Below the pieces are notes generated by a model. It was not told the origin of the DNA. It saw only the letters and a program-made list of their open reading frames with translations, and did not search any database. This document shows, piece after piece, positions 42,594 through 52,709 of a DNA stretch of 64,000 nt. Positions within the stretch are counted from its first letter, which is position 1, and every line of letters starts with the position of its first letter. A program made the translations under genes and the position numbers. This stretch comes from Thermoanaerobaculia bacterium. Lineage in GTDB: Bacteria; Acidobacteriota; Thermoanaerobaculia; UBA5066. The stretch covers positions 32,001 to 96,000 of the forward strand of contig CAWFJJ010000025.1 of assembly GCA_963816185.1 (NCBI GenBank). Direction: 5' to 3'.

Positions 42594-42666
42594 TCCCTCG
42601 TCGAATCGTTCTCGCGCCGTCCGAAAGGACGGCTCCGTGAGGCTTTTCGTGCGAGGAGATCCAGAT
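42588..42666 (+). promoter_or_regulatory. Long hairpin pairing the uORF stop region with the SD/start of the TolC-family gene
   Basis: ATCTG-ATC-CCTCG pairs with CGAGG(A)GAT(C)CAGAT; inner GCCGTCC-GAAA-GGACGGC. Confidence 0.65.
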
Positions 42667-44044
42667 GGTCGACAGAAGAAGAGAAGAGAAGAAAGAATTT
42701 CTTAGAAGGTCCCGAGCGGCGGCTGCCGGCACTCTGCTCCTGTTGTGCCTCGGTTCGGCGAGCGCAAGGGCAGTCGAGCCCGTCGAAAGCATTGTGCCTT
42801 CGGCGGCGGCTTCGGCCGAAGTCGACGCGCTGGTCGCAGAGGCGCTCGCGAAGAACCCGGACCTCGCCGCGGCGAAGCAGGAAGCTGCGGCCGCCCGTTC
42901 GCGGGTCTCTCCCGCCGGCGCTCTGCCGGATCCGATGTTGAGCGTCACGTACGAGAACGACGGAACGAGCCTGTCGCTCGGCGTCGAACAGATGACGCGT
43001 CTCTCCTTCATGGCGCAGCAGGCGTTCCCGTTTCCGGGAAAGCTCGCGCTCGCCGAGAAGGTCGCGAGCCTGGATGCGGGGCGCGGCGCGACGCGGCCCG
43101 AGCGCGTGGCCCTGACGCTGGAAGCCGCCGTGCGGCGCGCGTACGCCGATCTCCTCGAGGCTCGCGAGGACCTGAAGCTCGTGGACGAGCAGATCGCGAC
43201 GTGGCGCGACATCGAGGAGGACCTCCGCGCCCGCTATTCGGCGGGACTGGGAACGCAGCAGGACGTCCTGCGCGCCCAGGCCGAGAGGACGCGCCTTCTC
43301 CAGCAGCGCCGCCGTGACGAGGCAGCCGAGAAGAGCGCCGTGAGCGCCCTGAACCAGCTTCTCTACCGGCCCGCCGAGAGCCCTCTCCCGACGAAGAACG
43401 AGCTGATTCCCGGCGCTCGCCCCGGCGTCCCCTCAGGGCACGAGGCCGTCGAGGAGGCGCTGAAGATGACGCCCGAGCTGAAGGATGCAGCGCTCGCGAA
43501 GGACCGCGCGAAAGCGGCTGCGGATCTCGCGCGGCGCAACCTGAAGCCCGACTTCGTCGCCTCCGCGGCTTACATGAACCGGGGAGGATTGCCGCTGATG
43601 TGGTCGGCGGGCGTCGGGGTCTCGGTCCCGCTCTGGGCCGGAAAGAAGCAGAGACCGCTGATCGTCGAAGCGGAGGCGCTCGGGGAGGCGGCTTCGGCGA
43701 CCGAAGCCTCCTTACGCCGCCAGATCGAGGCGCGGACCGAGGAAAGGCTGATCCGGGTCGAGCAGCTCGCCGCCGAGGCGAAGCTCGACGCAGAAGGCGT
43801 GCTCGTGCAGGACAAGCTGTCCGTCGACGCGGCGCTCGCGAGCTATCGGACCGGCTCGGTTCCGTTCGTCACCGTGCTCGAGGCGCTCGGCACGTACTTC
43901 ATCGACCGCCGCGCGGCTGTGTCGCGCCTCGCCGGCTTCATCCGCGCCGAGGCCGACCTCAACGAATTCTCCCTCGACCGCGCGGGGCCCGCCGGGATGG
44001 CGTCCTCACCCGGTCCCTCCTTCGGCGCCGCCCCCAGGATGTAG
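42665..44044 (+). CDS. TolC-family outer-membrane protein (CusC/CzcC-like)
   Basis: ALAKNPDL, GALPDPM, PFPGKL; first of an RND triad. Confidence 0.88.
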   Translation: MVDRRREEKKEFLRRSRAAAAGTLLLLCLGSASARAVEPVESIVPSAAASAEVDALVAEALAKNPDLAAAKQEAAAARSRVSPAGALPDPMLSVTYENDGTSLSLGVEQMTRLSFMAQQAFPFPGKLALAEKVASLDAGRGATRPERVALTLEAAVRRAYADLLEAREDLKLVDEQIATWRDIEEDLRARYSAGLGTQQDVLRAQAERTRLLQQRRRDEAAEKSAVSALNQLLYRPAESPLPTKNELIPGARPGVPSGHEAVEEALKMTPELKDAALAKDRAKAAADLARRNLKPDFVASAAYMNRGGLPLMWSAGVGVSVPLWAGKKQRPLIVEAEALGEAASATEASLRRQIEARTEERLIRVEQLAAEAKLDAEGVLVQDKLSVDAALASYRTGSVPFVTVLEALGTYFIDRRAAVSRLAGFIRAEADLNEFSLDRAGPAGMASSPGPSFGAAPRM

Positions 44045-44056
44045 GAAAGAACGAAC

Positions 44057-45466
44057 ATGAAATCACCGCGTCTCACCCGAGTCCTCCTCGTCGTCGCTCT
44101 CGCCGCCGCCCTCGTGCCGGCCGTCGCCCTCCTGCCGGGATGCACGCAGAAGGGAGCGGAGACCGCCGTGGCGAGGAAATACACGTGCGTGATGCACCCG
44201 CAGATCATCCGCGACAAGCCCGGAGATTGCCCGATCTGCGGCATGAAGCTCGTACCGATCGATCCGCACCGCACGCCCGCGCCGGCCGCACCCGTCACGA
44301 AGTCGGCGCCAGGGACACGCAAGATCCTCCTCTACCGCTCGCCCATGAACCCTGCCGAGACCTCGCCCGTGCCGAAGAAAGACTCGATGGGGATGGACTT
44401 CGTGCCCGTCTACGAGGACGAGGCCCAGGGTGCGACCGGAGGCCCGGAGGGCCTCGCACCCGTCACGATCGACGCTCAGAAGAGGCAGCTCCTCGGTCTG
44501 AAGACGGTCGCGGTGCGGCGCGGTCCGTTCGAGACTTCGATCCGGACCACGGGCCGGGTCGCGGCGGACGAGCGGCGTGTCCACCACGTTCACACGCGCT
44601 TCGAAGCGTTCGTCGAGCACGTCACCGCCGACTTCACCGGCAAGTACGTCCACAAGGGCGAGGCGCTCGCGTACCTGTACAGCCCGGACCTCTACGCGAC
44701 ACAGGAGGAGTACCTCCTCGCTCTCAAGGCATCGCGGTCGCTCGGAACGTCGGGAGTCTCGTCGGTCGCGCAGGGCGGCCAGGATCTGCTGGCCGCCGCG
44801 CGCCAGCGGCTTCTCCTCTGGGAGATCGCGCCGGCCGACATCGAGCGGATCGAGAAGAACGGTGCGCCGATCCGCGCCCTTCCCGTCTACGCGCCGATCT
44901 CGGGATACGTGACCGCCCGCACGGCCTATCACGGCATGAAGGTGGGGCCGTCCGACACGCTGTTCGACATCCTCGACCTTTCGCACGTCTGGGTCATCGC
45001 GGACGTCTACGAGTACGAGCTGCCGCGCCTCTCGGTCGGGCAGCGGGCGACGATGACGCTCTCGTACTGGCCGGGGCGCGTCTGGAACGGCACGGTGACG
45101 TACGTCTACCCGGCCGTCGACGAGAAGACGCGGACGGTGAAGGTCCGCATCGAGCTCGACAACCCGAAGGGGGAGCTGAAGCCCGAGATGTTCGCGGACG
45201 TGACGATCCACGGCAAGACGCGTGATGTGCTCCAGGTCCCCGATGACGCAGTCCTCGAGAGCGGCACGCGAAACGTCGTCTTCGTCGACCTCGGCGAGGG
45301 GAAGCTCCTGCCGCGGGAGGTGACCCTGGGCGACCGCGGCAACGGGGCCTTCGAAGTCAAATCCGGCCTTGCCGCCGGCGATATTGTGGTCCGAGGCGCC
45401 AACTTCCTCGTCGATTCCGAGTCGCGCCTCAAGGCCGCCATCTCGGCGATGGGGGCCTCGAAATGA
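44057..45466 (+). CDS. CusB-like periplasmic adaptor with heavy-metal-binding domains
   Basis: YTCVMHP..CPICGM, YRSPM..DSMGMD, LKPEMF. Confidence 0.92.
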   Translation: MKSPRLTRVLLVVALAAALVPAVALLPGCTQKGAETAVARKYTCVMHPQIIRDKPGDCPICGMKLVPIDPHRTPAPAAPVTKSAPGTRKILLYRSPMNPAETSPVPKKDSMGMDFVPVYEDEAQGATGGPEGLAPVTIDAQKRQLLGLKTVAVRRGPFETSIRTTGRVAADERRVHHVHTRFEAFVEHVTADFTGKYVHKGEALAYLYSPDLYATQEEYLLALKASRSLGTSGVSSVAQGGQDLLAAARQRLLLWEIAPADIERIEKNGAPIRALPVYAPISGYVTARTAYHGMKVGPSDTLFDILDLSHVWVIADVYEYELPRLSVGQRATMTLSYWPGRVWNGTVTYVYPAVDEKTRTVKVRIELDNPKGELKPEMFADVTIHGKTRDVLQVPDDAVLESGTRNVVFVDLGEGKLLPREVTLGDRGNGAFEVKSGLAAGDIVVRGANFLVDSESRLKAAISAMGASK

Positions 45467-48400
45467 TCCGCCGGATCATCCGCTTCTCCGCCGAGAACAA
45501 GTATCTCGTCATCGCGCTCTACGCGATCATCATCGTTCTCGCCGTGGGCGTCATCCGCAGGACGCCGCTCGACGCCATCCCCGACCTCTCGGACACGCAG
45601 GTCATCATCTATTCCCGTTGGGACCGGAGTCCCGACATCCTCGAGGACCAGGTCACGTATCCGATCGTCACCTCGCTTCTCGGCGCGCCGAAGGTGAAGA
45701 CGATCCGGGGCTTCTCGGACTTCGGGTTCTCGTACGTCTACGTGATCTTCGAAGACGGGACGGACCTCTACTGGGCCCGCTCTCGAGTCCTCGAGTACCT
45801 GTCGAAGATCCAGGGGAAGCTGCCGGCCGGCGTCAGGACGGAGCTGGGCCCTGACGCGACGAGCGTGGGCTGGGTCTTCCAGTACGCCCTCGTCGACACG
45901 AGCGGGAAGAACTCGACGCAGGACCTTCGGAGCTATCAGGACTGGTTCCTCCGCTACGCGGTGCAGTCGGTTCCCGGCGTGGCCGAGGTCGCCACGATCG
46001 GCGGAACACAAAAACAGTATCAGGTGACCGTGGACCCGAACACGCTCTCGGCATACGGCCTGCCCCTCGAGTCTGTCGTCGAGGCAATCCGCAAGAGCAA
46101 CAACGAGATCGGCGGACGCCTCATCGAGTTCTCGGGGCGGGAATACATGGTCAGGGGCCGCGGCTATCTGAAGACGGTCGGGGACATCGAAAAGATCGTC
46201 GTCAAGACGAACGAGAAGGGAACGCCGCTGACGGTGGGAGACATAGGCCACGTCTCCCTCGGCCCCGAGATCCGCCGCGGGGTCACGGACCTCGACGGGA
46301 AGGGCGACGTCGTCGGCGGCATCGTCGTGATGCGGAGCGGCGAGAACGCGCTCGCGGTGATCGAGCGGGTCAAGCAGAAGCTGAAGGAGATCGAGCCGTC
46401 GCTCCCCCCGGGCGTCAAGGTCGTCACGACGTACGACCGGTCCGACCTCATCGAGCGGGCGGTCGGCACGCTGAAAGACAAGCTGACCGAAGAGGTGATC
46501 GTCGTCTCGATCGTCATCTTCGTGTTTCTCTGGCACGTCCCCTCCGCCGTCGTGCCCGTCCTGACGATCCCGGTCTCCATCCTCCTCGCCTTCATTCCGT
46601 TCAACGCGCTCGGCCTGAACATCAACATCATGTCGCTCGGCGGGATCGCGATCTCGATCGGCGTTCTCGTCGACGGCGCGATCGTGGAGGTGGAGAACGC
46701 CTACAAGAAGCTGCAACAATGGAACGACGGGGGCCGGCCCGGCGACTTTCACCAGGTGCGACTCAACGCGCTCATGGAGGTCGGGCCTTCGGTCTTCTTC
46801 TCGCTCCTCGTGATCGCCGTCGCGTTTCTACCGGTCTTCACGCTCGTGGACCAGGAAGGGCGGCTTTTCAAGCCGCTCGCCTACTCGAAGAACCTGGCCA
46901 TGGCCATCGCCGCTCTTCTGGCCATCACGTTGAATCCCGCCGTGCGGATGCTCTTCGTCCGGATGGACTATTTCAAGTTCCGCCCGAGGTGGCTCGCCTG
47001 GATCGTGAACCAACTCGTCGTCGGCAGGTACTACGCCGAGGAGAAGCACCCCATCAGCGTTCTCCTCAACCGGTTGTACGAGCGTCCCTGCCGTGCGGTG
47101 CTTCGGCACCCGAAGAAGACGATCGCGATCGCCCTCCTCGCGATGCTCGCGACGGTTCCGGTCTTCCTGAAGCTGGGATCGGAGTTCATGCCGCCGCTTT
47201 ACGAAGGCTCGATCCTCTACATGCCGACGACCCTGCCCGGGATCTCCGTGACGGAGACCGAGCGTCTCCTCCAGGTGCAGGACCGCATCCTGAAGTCGTT
47301 CCCCGAAGTCGAACGCGTCTTCGGAAAGGCGGGGCGTGCCGATTCGTCGACCGACCCGGCGCCTTTCTCGATGATGGAGACGACCGTCATCCTGAAGGGA
47401 GAGAGCGAGTGGCGGAGGAAGGAGCGCTGGTACTCGTCCTGGGCGCCGGATTGGCTGGCCCGAAGCCTCCGGCACGTCTGGAGCGACCGCATCTCGCACG
47501 ACGAGCTGGTCGACGAGATGGACGCCGCCCTGAAGATCCCCGGTACCACGAACGCCTGGACGATGCCGATCAAGAACAGGATCGACATGCTCTCGACCGG
47601 CATCCGGACGCCGATCGGCATCAAGGTGTTTGGCTCGGACCTGAAGGAGATCGAGCGCATCGGGACCGAGATCGAGGCGGCCGTGAAGACTGTCCCGGCC
47701 ACGCGGTCGGTCTTCGCCGAGCGGGTCGCGGGCGGCTACTTCATCGACTTCGACCTGAACCGCGATGCTCTGGCCCGCTACGGCCTCACCGTGGACGACG
47801 CGAACGCCGTGATCATGACGGCGATCGGCGGCGAGACGGTCACGACGGTGATCGAGGGGCGGGAGCGGTACTCCGTCAACGTGCGCTACCCGCGCGAGCT
47901 GCGCGAGGACCTCGACCGGCTCTCGCGCGTCCTGGTCCCGACGATGTCGGGGGCGCAGGTGCCGCTCGCCCAGCTCTCGACCATCCGCCAGGTCCAGGGG
48001 CCCGCCATGATCCGGAACGAGAACGGCCTCCTGTCCGGTTACGTATACGTGGACTTCGACACGTCGAAAGAGGACGTCGGCGGGTATGTCGAGAAAGCGA
48101 AGGAAGTCGTTGCGAAGAGCGTGCAGGTGCCTCCGGGGTACACGCTCTCCTGGAGCGGCCAGTACGAGAACATGATTCGCGTCAAGGAGCGCCTGAAGGT
48201 CGTCATCCCCGTGACGCTCGTTCTGATCTGGCTCCTGATGTACGCGAACACGAAGTCGGCGATGAAGACGATGATCGTCCTCCTCGCCGTCCCCTTCTCT
48301 CTCATCGGTGCCGTCTGGTTCCTGTGGCTGCTCGGCTACAACCTCTCGATCGCCGTCTGGGTCGGGATCATCGCCCTCATGGGCCTCGACGCCGAGACGG

Positions 48401-48750
48401 GCATCTTCATGCTGCTGTTTCTCGACCTCGCGCACGAGGAGGCGAAGGCGAAGGGGCTGCTGAGGAACCGGGCCGAGCTGATCGAATCGATCATCCACGG
48501 GGCGGTCAAGCGCGTGAGACCGAAGGCGATGACCGTCTTCGCGGCCTTTTTCGGGCTGATTCCGATCATGTGGTCGATGGGCGCCGGCGCAGACCTGATG
48601 AAGCGCATCGCGGCCCCGATGGTCGGCGGCCTCGTGACGTCGTTCGCGCTCGAGCTCCTCGTCTACCCGGCCATCTACATGCTCTGGAAGCAGCGCGAGC
48701 TGCCGGGGGAGACTGTCGTCCCCTCCGCCCCAGAGGCCGTCACGCCATGA
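45463..48750 (+). CDS. cusA: CusA-family Cu/Ag RND efflux permease
   Basis: PLDAIPDLSDTQVI, GSEFMPPL, LYMP, DPAPFSMMET. Confidence 0.93.
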   Translation: MIRRIIRFSAENKYLVIALYAIIIVLAVGVIRRTPLDAIPDLSDTQVIIYSRWDRSPDILEDQVTYPIVTSLLGAPKVKTIRGFSDFGFSYVYVIFEDGTDLYWARSRVLEYLSKIQGKLPAGVRTELGPDATSVGWVFQYALVDTSGKNSTQDLRSYQDWFLRYAVQSVPGVAEVATIGGTQKQYQVTVDPNTLSAYGLPLESVVEAIRKSNNEIGGRLIEFSGREYMVRGRGYLKTVGDIEKIVVKTNEKGTPLTVGDIGHVSLGPEIRRGVTDLDGKGDVVGGIVVMRSGENALAVIERVKQKLKEIEPSLPPGVKVVTTYDRSDLIERAVGTLKDKLTEEVIVVSIVIFVFLWHVPSAVVPVLTIPVSILLAFIPFNALGLNINIMSLGGIAISIGVLVDGAIVEVENAYKKLQQWNDGGRPGDFHQVRLNALMEVGPSVFFSLLVIAVAFLPVFTLVDQEGRLFKPLAYSKNLAMAIAALLAITLNPAVRMLFVRMDYFKFRPRWLAWIVNQLVVGRYYAEEKHPISVLLNRLYERPCRAVLRHPKKTIAIALLAMLATVPVFLKLGSEFMPPLYEGSILYMPTTLPGISVTETERLLQVQDRILKSFPEVERVFGKAGRADSSTDPAPFSMMETTVILKGESEWRRKERWYSSWAPDWLARSLRHVWSDRISHDELVDEMDAALKIPGTTNAWTMPIKNRIDMLSTGIRTPIGIKVFGSDLKEIERIGTEIEAAVKTVPATRSVFAERVAGGYFIDFDLNRDALARYGLTVDDANAVIMTAIGGETVTTVIEGRERYSVNVRYPRELREDLDRLSRVLVPTMSGAQVPLAQLSTIRQVQGPAMIRNENGLLSGYVYVDFDTSKEDVGGYVEKAKEVVAKSVQVPPGYTLSWSGQYENMIRVKERLKVVIPVTLVLIWLLMYANTKSAMKTMIVLLAVPFSLIGAVWFLWLLGYNLSIAVWVGIIALMGLDAETGIFMLLFLDLAHEEAKAKGLLRNRAELIESIIHGAVKRVRPKAMTVFAAFFGLIPIMWSMGAGADLMKRIAAPMVGGLVTSFALELLVYPAIYMLWKQRELPGETVVPSAPEAVTP

Positions 48751-48767
48751 AAACGAAAGGAGACACC

Positions 48768-49241
48768 ATGAAGATCTCACGAAGCTGCCTCGCCGCCCTG
48801 CTGCTGCTGCTCGGAGCGGGGCTCGCCGTCGGCGCTCCCGATGCGAAGCCCCCCGCCTCGAAGAAGCCCGCGACCGCTCAAGACGTCCGCGCCCTGACCA
48901 GGCAATACATCGCGTGGTCGGACGCGATCTCCCTCACCCCCGAGCAGCAGAAGATCAAGGAGGAAGTCCTCTCGTCGATTCCGACGACGTGCTGCAAGAA
49001 GTTCTCGATGCTCACGTGCTGCTGCGCGTGCAACATGGCAAAAGCGATCTGGGGTCTTTCGAATCACATGTTGGCCCACGAGGGCGCGGACGCAAAACAC
49101 CTCCGCTTGGCAGTCCTGGAGTGGACTCGACTCGTCGGCAAGAGCGGCTTCACCGGCGATGCGTGCTTCAAGGGAGGCTGCGCGCGCCCGTTCGCCGAGA
49201 ACGGTTGCGGCGGTATGGACAGCGAGAAGGTGGTGTTCTAG
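48768..49241 (+). CDS. Cys-rich exported hypothetical protein
   Basis: AAGGAG RBS, signal peptide, CC..CCCAC..C..C..C. Confidence 0.75.
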   Translation: MKISRSCLAALLLLLGAGLAVGAPDAKPPASKKPATAQDVRALTRQYIAWSDAISLTPEQQKIKEEVLSSIPTTCCKKFSMLTCCCACNMAKAIWGLSNHMLAHEGADAKHLRLAVLEWTRLVGKSGFTGDACFKGGCARPFAENGCGGMDSEKVVF

Positions 49242-49272
49242 GAGAGAGCCTCAGAGACGAATGCTCGCTTCA

Positions 49273-49305
49273 TTAATCCGTTTCTAAGCTCCCGAGGATA
49301 GCTTG
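49273..49305 (+). promoter_or_regulatory. OmpR-type direct-repeat box plus -10, copy 1
   Basis: TTAAT-N6-CTAAG-N10-TAGCTTG upstream of the response regulator. Confidence 0.65.
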
Positions 49306-49369
49306 ATACGTATATGAGGAGCCGCACCGATCGCCGCCGAGGCGGACGCGAGTCTGCGTCAGGAACGCG

Positions 49370-50044
49370 ATGAGAGTCCTCGTCGTCGAGGACGACCGAA
49401 AGCTGGCAGCCGTCATTCAACAGGGGCTGAAGGAAAGCGGCTTCGCCGTGGACGCCGCCGAAGACGGCCTCCAAGGGCTGGCCCTCGCACTCGAGACGGA
49501 GTACGACGCGATCGTCCTGGATGTCATGCTTCCCTCCCGAAGCGGCTTCGACGTCGTGAAGGAGCTCCGCGCCCGCCACAGGGTGGCACCGGTCCTGATC
49601 CTGAGCGCGCGATCCGGGGTCGAAGACAGGATCAAGGGGCTCGACCTGGGAGCCGACGACTACCTTGCAAAGCCGTTTGCTTTCCAGGAGCTGCTTGCCC
49701 GACTTCGGGCGATCACCCGGCGGCCTGCTGTAGAGCCGATCTCGATCCTTTCAGCGGCGGATCTTCGGCTCGACACAACCCGGCGGGAGGTGACGAGGGC
49801 CGGCCGCAAGATTGACCTTACGGCCAAGGAATTTGCCCTTCTGGAGTACCTCCTCCGGAGGAAGGGGTTCGTCGTCACTCGCGGAATGATCCTCGACCAC
49901 GTCTGGAGCCTCGATTACGACGGCGGATCGGACATCGTCGAGGTCTACATCAACTATCTGCGCCGGGATGTCGACCAGAACTTCGAGCCGAAGCTCATCC
50001 ACACGATTCGTGGGGCGGGCTACGTCCTCCGGGAGACCGGTTGA
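49370..50044 (+). CDS. Heavy-metal response regulator (CusR/CzcR-like, OmpR family)
   Basis: REC plus winged helix, GLDLGADDYL, IHTIRGAGY. Confidence 0.93.
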   Translation: MRVLVVEDDRKLAAVIQQGLKESGFAVDAAEDGLQGLALALETEYDAIVLDVMLPSRSGFDVVKELRARHRVAPVLILSARSGVEDRIKGLDLGADDYLAKPFAFQELLARLRAITRRPAVEPISILSAADLRLDTTRREVTRAGRKIDLTAKEFALLEYLLRRKGFVVTRGMILDHVWSLDYDGGSDIVEVYINYLRRDVDQNFEPKLIHTIRGAGYVLRETG

Positions 50045-51498
50045 AGATCGCCCCCAGGACCCTCAGGGGCCGGCTCACGGTCTGGTACTGCGCCGTCTTG
50101 ACCGTCATCCTGGCCGTTTTCGGTGTCTCCTTGTACCTCCTGGTCCGGGTGCAGCTCCTGCAGCACTACGACCAGGAATTGAAGGAGACGGCCACAGGAG
50201 TCGAGGAGGTGCTCTCTCGCCGTGAGGATTGCGAGCACCTCTCGAGCGACCAGCTCGCCGACCTCAACCAGTTCGCTCGGCTGATTCTCTTCCACGCCGT
50301 CGGCGGCGATCGGAAGATCTTCTACCGGTCCCCCGACCTGGCGTCCCTGCGCGTCGCGCGCGACCTCGCCGAAGAGCCCGACTTCTTGAAACGGGAGGCG
50401 TCCTTCCAGACGTACCAGGGCCCGCGGGTCTCCTTCCGCGTCTACACCGTGCCCTACCGTTCCCGGGCCGGCCGGCAGGGGCTGATTCGTGTCATCGAGA
50501 GTCTGGGAGACGTCGAGAATTCTCTCGCAAGGCTCCGCCTCGCGCTTCTTCTCGTGACGCCCTTTGCCGTGTTCGCGTCCTCGGCCGTCGGGTATTGGCT
50601 CGCGGGCCGGGCGCTCGCGCCCGTCGACGAGGTCACCCGGCTCGCTCGCGAAATCGAGGCGAGTCAGTTGAGTCGCCGGCTGCCCACGCCCTCGGTCCGG
50701 GACGAGATCGGGCGCCTCGTCGAGACGTTCAACCAGATGATCGCGCGGCTCGAGGCTTCCTTCGAGGCCATGAAGCGCTTCACGGCGGACGCCTCGCACG
50801 AGCTCAGGAGCCCGCTCACGACGATGCGGGGAACGATCGACGTGGCCCTCGGTCAGCCGCGCGAGACCGAGCAGTACCGCTCCGCGCTCGCGAGCGTGGG
50901 AGAGGAGGTGGACCGTCTCCGGCAGATCGTCGAGGGCCTCCTCGTCCTGGCGCGCGCCGATGCCGGCAGGCTTCCGTTCGAGCGGGAGGAAGTTCGGCTC
51001 GACGTCCTCGCTCGCGAAGTCGTCGAGTCTTTCCAGGAGAGGGCGGCGGCCGCCGGCTTGGCGCTCACGGCCTCGGCCGCGGCGCCCGTAACCGTGCAGG
51101 GAGACGAAAGGTGGCTTCGCCAGCTCGCCTTCAACCTCGTGGACAACGCCGTGAAATTCTCGACCTCGGTCCCGCGCGAGAACGGTGAGGCGGAGGTCCG
51201 CGTGGAGGTGACCGAAGGCGATGGGGTTGCGCGCCTTATCGTCGCCGACTCCGGACCGGGAATCCCGGAAGCCGACCTGACACGCGTCTTCGAGCGCTTC
51301 TACCGCGCGGACTGGGCACGCACGCACGGTCCCAAGGACGGCTTCGGCCTTGGCCTGGCGATCGCCTCGTGGATCGTGGAGTCGCACGGGGGGAGGATCG
51401 AGGCCCAGAGGCGCTCGGAGGGCGGCACGAGGATAGTCGCCACGTTCCCCGTCATTCGCTCGAAGCCCCTTAGTTCATCTGCATCAGGCGCGACCTAA
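50041..51498 (+). CDS. Heavy-metal sensor histidine kinase (CusS/CzcS-like)
   Basis: FTADASHELRSP, NLVDNAVK, GFGLGL. Confidence 0.92.
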   Translation: MKIAPRTLRGRLTVWYCAVLTVILAVFGVSLYLLVRVQLLQHYDQELKETATGVEEVLSRREDCEHLSSDQLADLNQFARLILFHAVGGDRKIFYRSPDLASLRVARDLAEEPDFLKREASFQTYQGPRVSFRVYTVPYRSRAGRQGLIRVIESLGDVENSLARLRLALLLVTPFAVFASSAVGYWLAGRALAPVDEVTRLAREIEASQLSRRLPTPSVRDEIGRLVETFNQMIARLEASFEAMKRFTADASHELRSPLTTMRGTIDVALGQPRETEQYRSALASVGEEVDRLRQIVEGLLVLARADAGRLPFEREEVRLDVLAREVVESFQERAAAAGLALTASAAAPVTVQGDERWLRQLAFNLVDNAVKFSTSVPRENGEAEVRVEVTEGDGVARLIVADSGPGIPEADLTRVFERFYRADWARTHGPKDGFGLGLAIASWIVESHGGRIEAQRRSEGGTRIVATFPVIRSKPLSSSASGAT

Positions 51499-51527
51499 AG
51501 CTCTTCTAATCCTCGGGCCCTAACTTG
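51473..51527 (+). promoter_or_regulatory. OmpR-type box plus -10, copy 2, preceded by GTTCATCTGCATCAG
   Basis: CTAAA-N6-CTAAT-N10-TAACTTG. Confidence 0.7.
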
Positions 51528-51670
51528 TAGCCGTGGTCATCGACCATCCTTACGGAGTCGACCGCGTAACGGGTGGTTGCCTGGTTCTACCGGCTCCTCA
51601 GGCGCAACCGTGACAGATCACTGGCGCGCCTGGGCCGCCGAGAGGCGCGGCATCGCGTCGCTGGCTCGTA

Positions 51671-51787
51671 ATGCTTCGCTGCGTTGTGATTACCGGTTTG
51701 CAGAGTGGACCGGGGGGCGTCTTTTTCGGACTCGTATTCGCACCGCTCTACAACTTCTTCCTGGTGAAGGTGTGGAAGCACGAGTGA
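51671..51787 (+). pseudogene. Small membrane-protein remnant (DUF5676-like C-terminus)
   Basis: Frame reads GVFFGLVFAPLYNFFLVKVWKHE; N-terminal half looks decayed. Confidence 0.35.
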
Positions 51788-51806
51788 AACTGCGGAGGCA
51801 CGCAAC

Positions 51807-52475
51807 GTGAGCACCGAGGCGCTGACTCAGAACGAGCTCCGGGATCTCTATCGCAAGCGCGCGCCTCGCTACGACATCACGTCGCACGTGTATGGGCTGA
51901 TCGGGTACCGCCTGAACGACTACCGGCTCTGCGGGATCGAAGCCCTCCGGCTGCATCCGGGCGACACGGTCGTCGAGATCGGGTGCGGCACCGGCGCGAA
52001 CTTCGCGCGGCTCGAGCGCGCGATCGGCCCGACCGGCGCGATCGTCGGTGTCGACCTGAGTCCGGGCATGCTCGACCGGGCGCGCTCACGCGTTCGCCGA
52101 GAAGGGTGGTCGAACGTGACTCTCGTGGAGTCGGATGCCGCGCGGTACGCGTTTCCCGAGCGTGTCAATGCTGTTTTCTCGACTTTTGCGCTGACGCTCG
52201 TGCCGTCGTACGACGACGTGATTCAACGGGGCGCGGACGCTCTCGTTCCCGGGGGACGCTTTGTCGTCGTCGACTTCAAGGCACCTGGTTCGTGGCCCGA
52301 GCCGGCGGTTCGCGCCATCGTTCCTCTGCTCCGCCCGTTCGGCGCCACGCTCGACCTCCGTGCACGGCATCCGTGGGAGTCGCTGGCGAAGCATTTGAAT
52401 CTGGTGGCCATGGAGGAACGTTACCTCGGAACCACCTATATCGCGGCAGGGGAGAAGCCCGCAGAAGCCCGATGA
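51807..52475 (+). CDS. Class I SAM-dependent methyltransferase
   Basis: VVEIGCGTG, GVDLSPGML. Confidence 0.9.
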   Translation: MSTEALTQNELRDLYRKRAPRYDITSHVYGLIGYRLNDYRLCGIEALRLHPGDTVVEIGCGTGANFARLERAIGPTGAIVGVDLSPGMLDRARSRVRREGWSNVTLVESDAARYAFPERVNAVFSTFALTLVPSYDDVIQRGADALVPGGRFVVVDFKAPGSWPEPAVRAIVPLLRPFGATLDLRARHPWESLAKHLNLVAMEERYLGTTYIAAGEKPAEAR

Positions 52476-52490
52476 AGGGAGGGTGAATCC

Positions 52491-52709
52491 ATGCACTGGT
52501 GGAATGGAGGTGGGCACATGGGATGGATGGCGATCTGGTGGATCCTCGGCGCCGCCTTGATTGCGGCGATCGCCTGGGCGCTGGCCAGGTCCGCGCTTGG
52601 TCCCGGCAGCGCGAGCGACTCGCCCGAGGCGATTCTCAAACGGCGGTATGCCAAGGACGAGATCGACCAGCAGACCTACGATCGGATGCTGGGAGAGCTG
52701 CGCCGGTAG
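52491..52709 (+). CDS. SHOCT-domain small membrane protein
   Basis: Met/Gly/His N-terminus, TM, ILKRRYAKDEID. Confidence 0.85.
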   Translation: MHWWNGGGHMGWMAIWWILGAALIAAIAWALARSALGPGSASDSPEAILKRRYAKDEIDQQTYDRMLGELRR

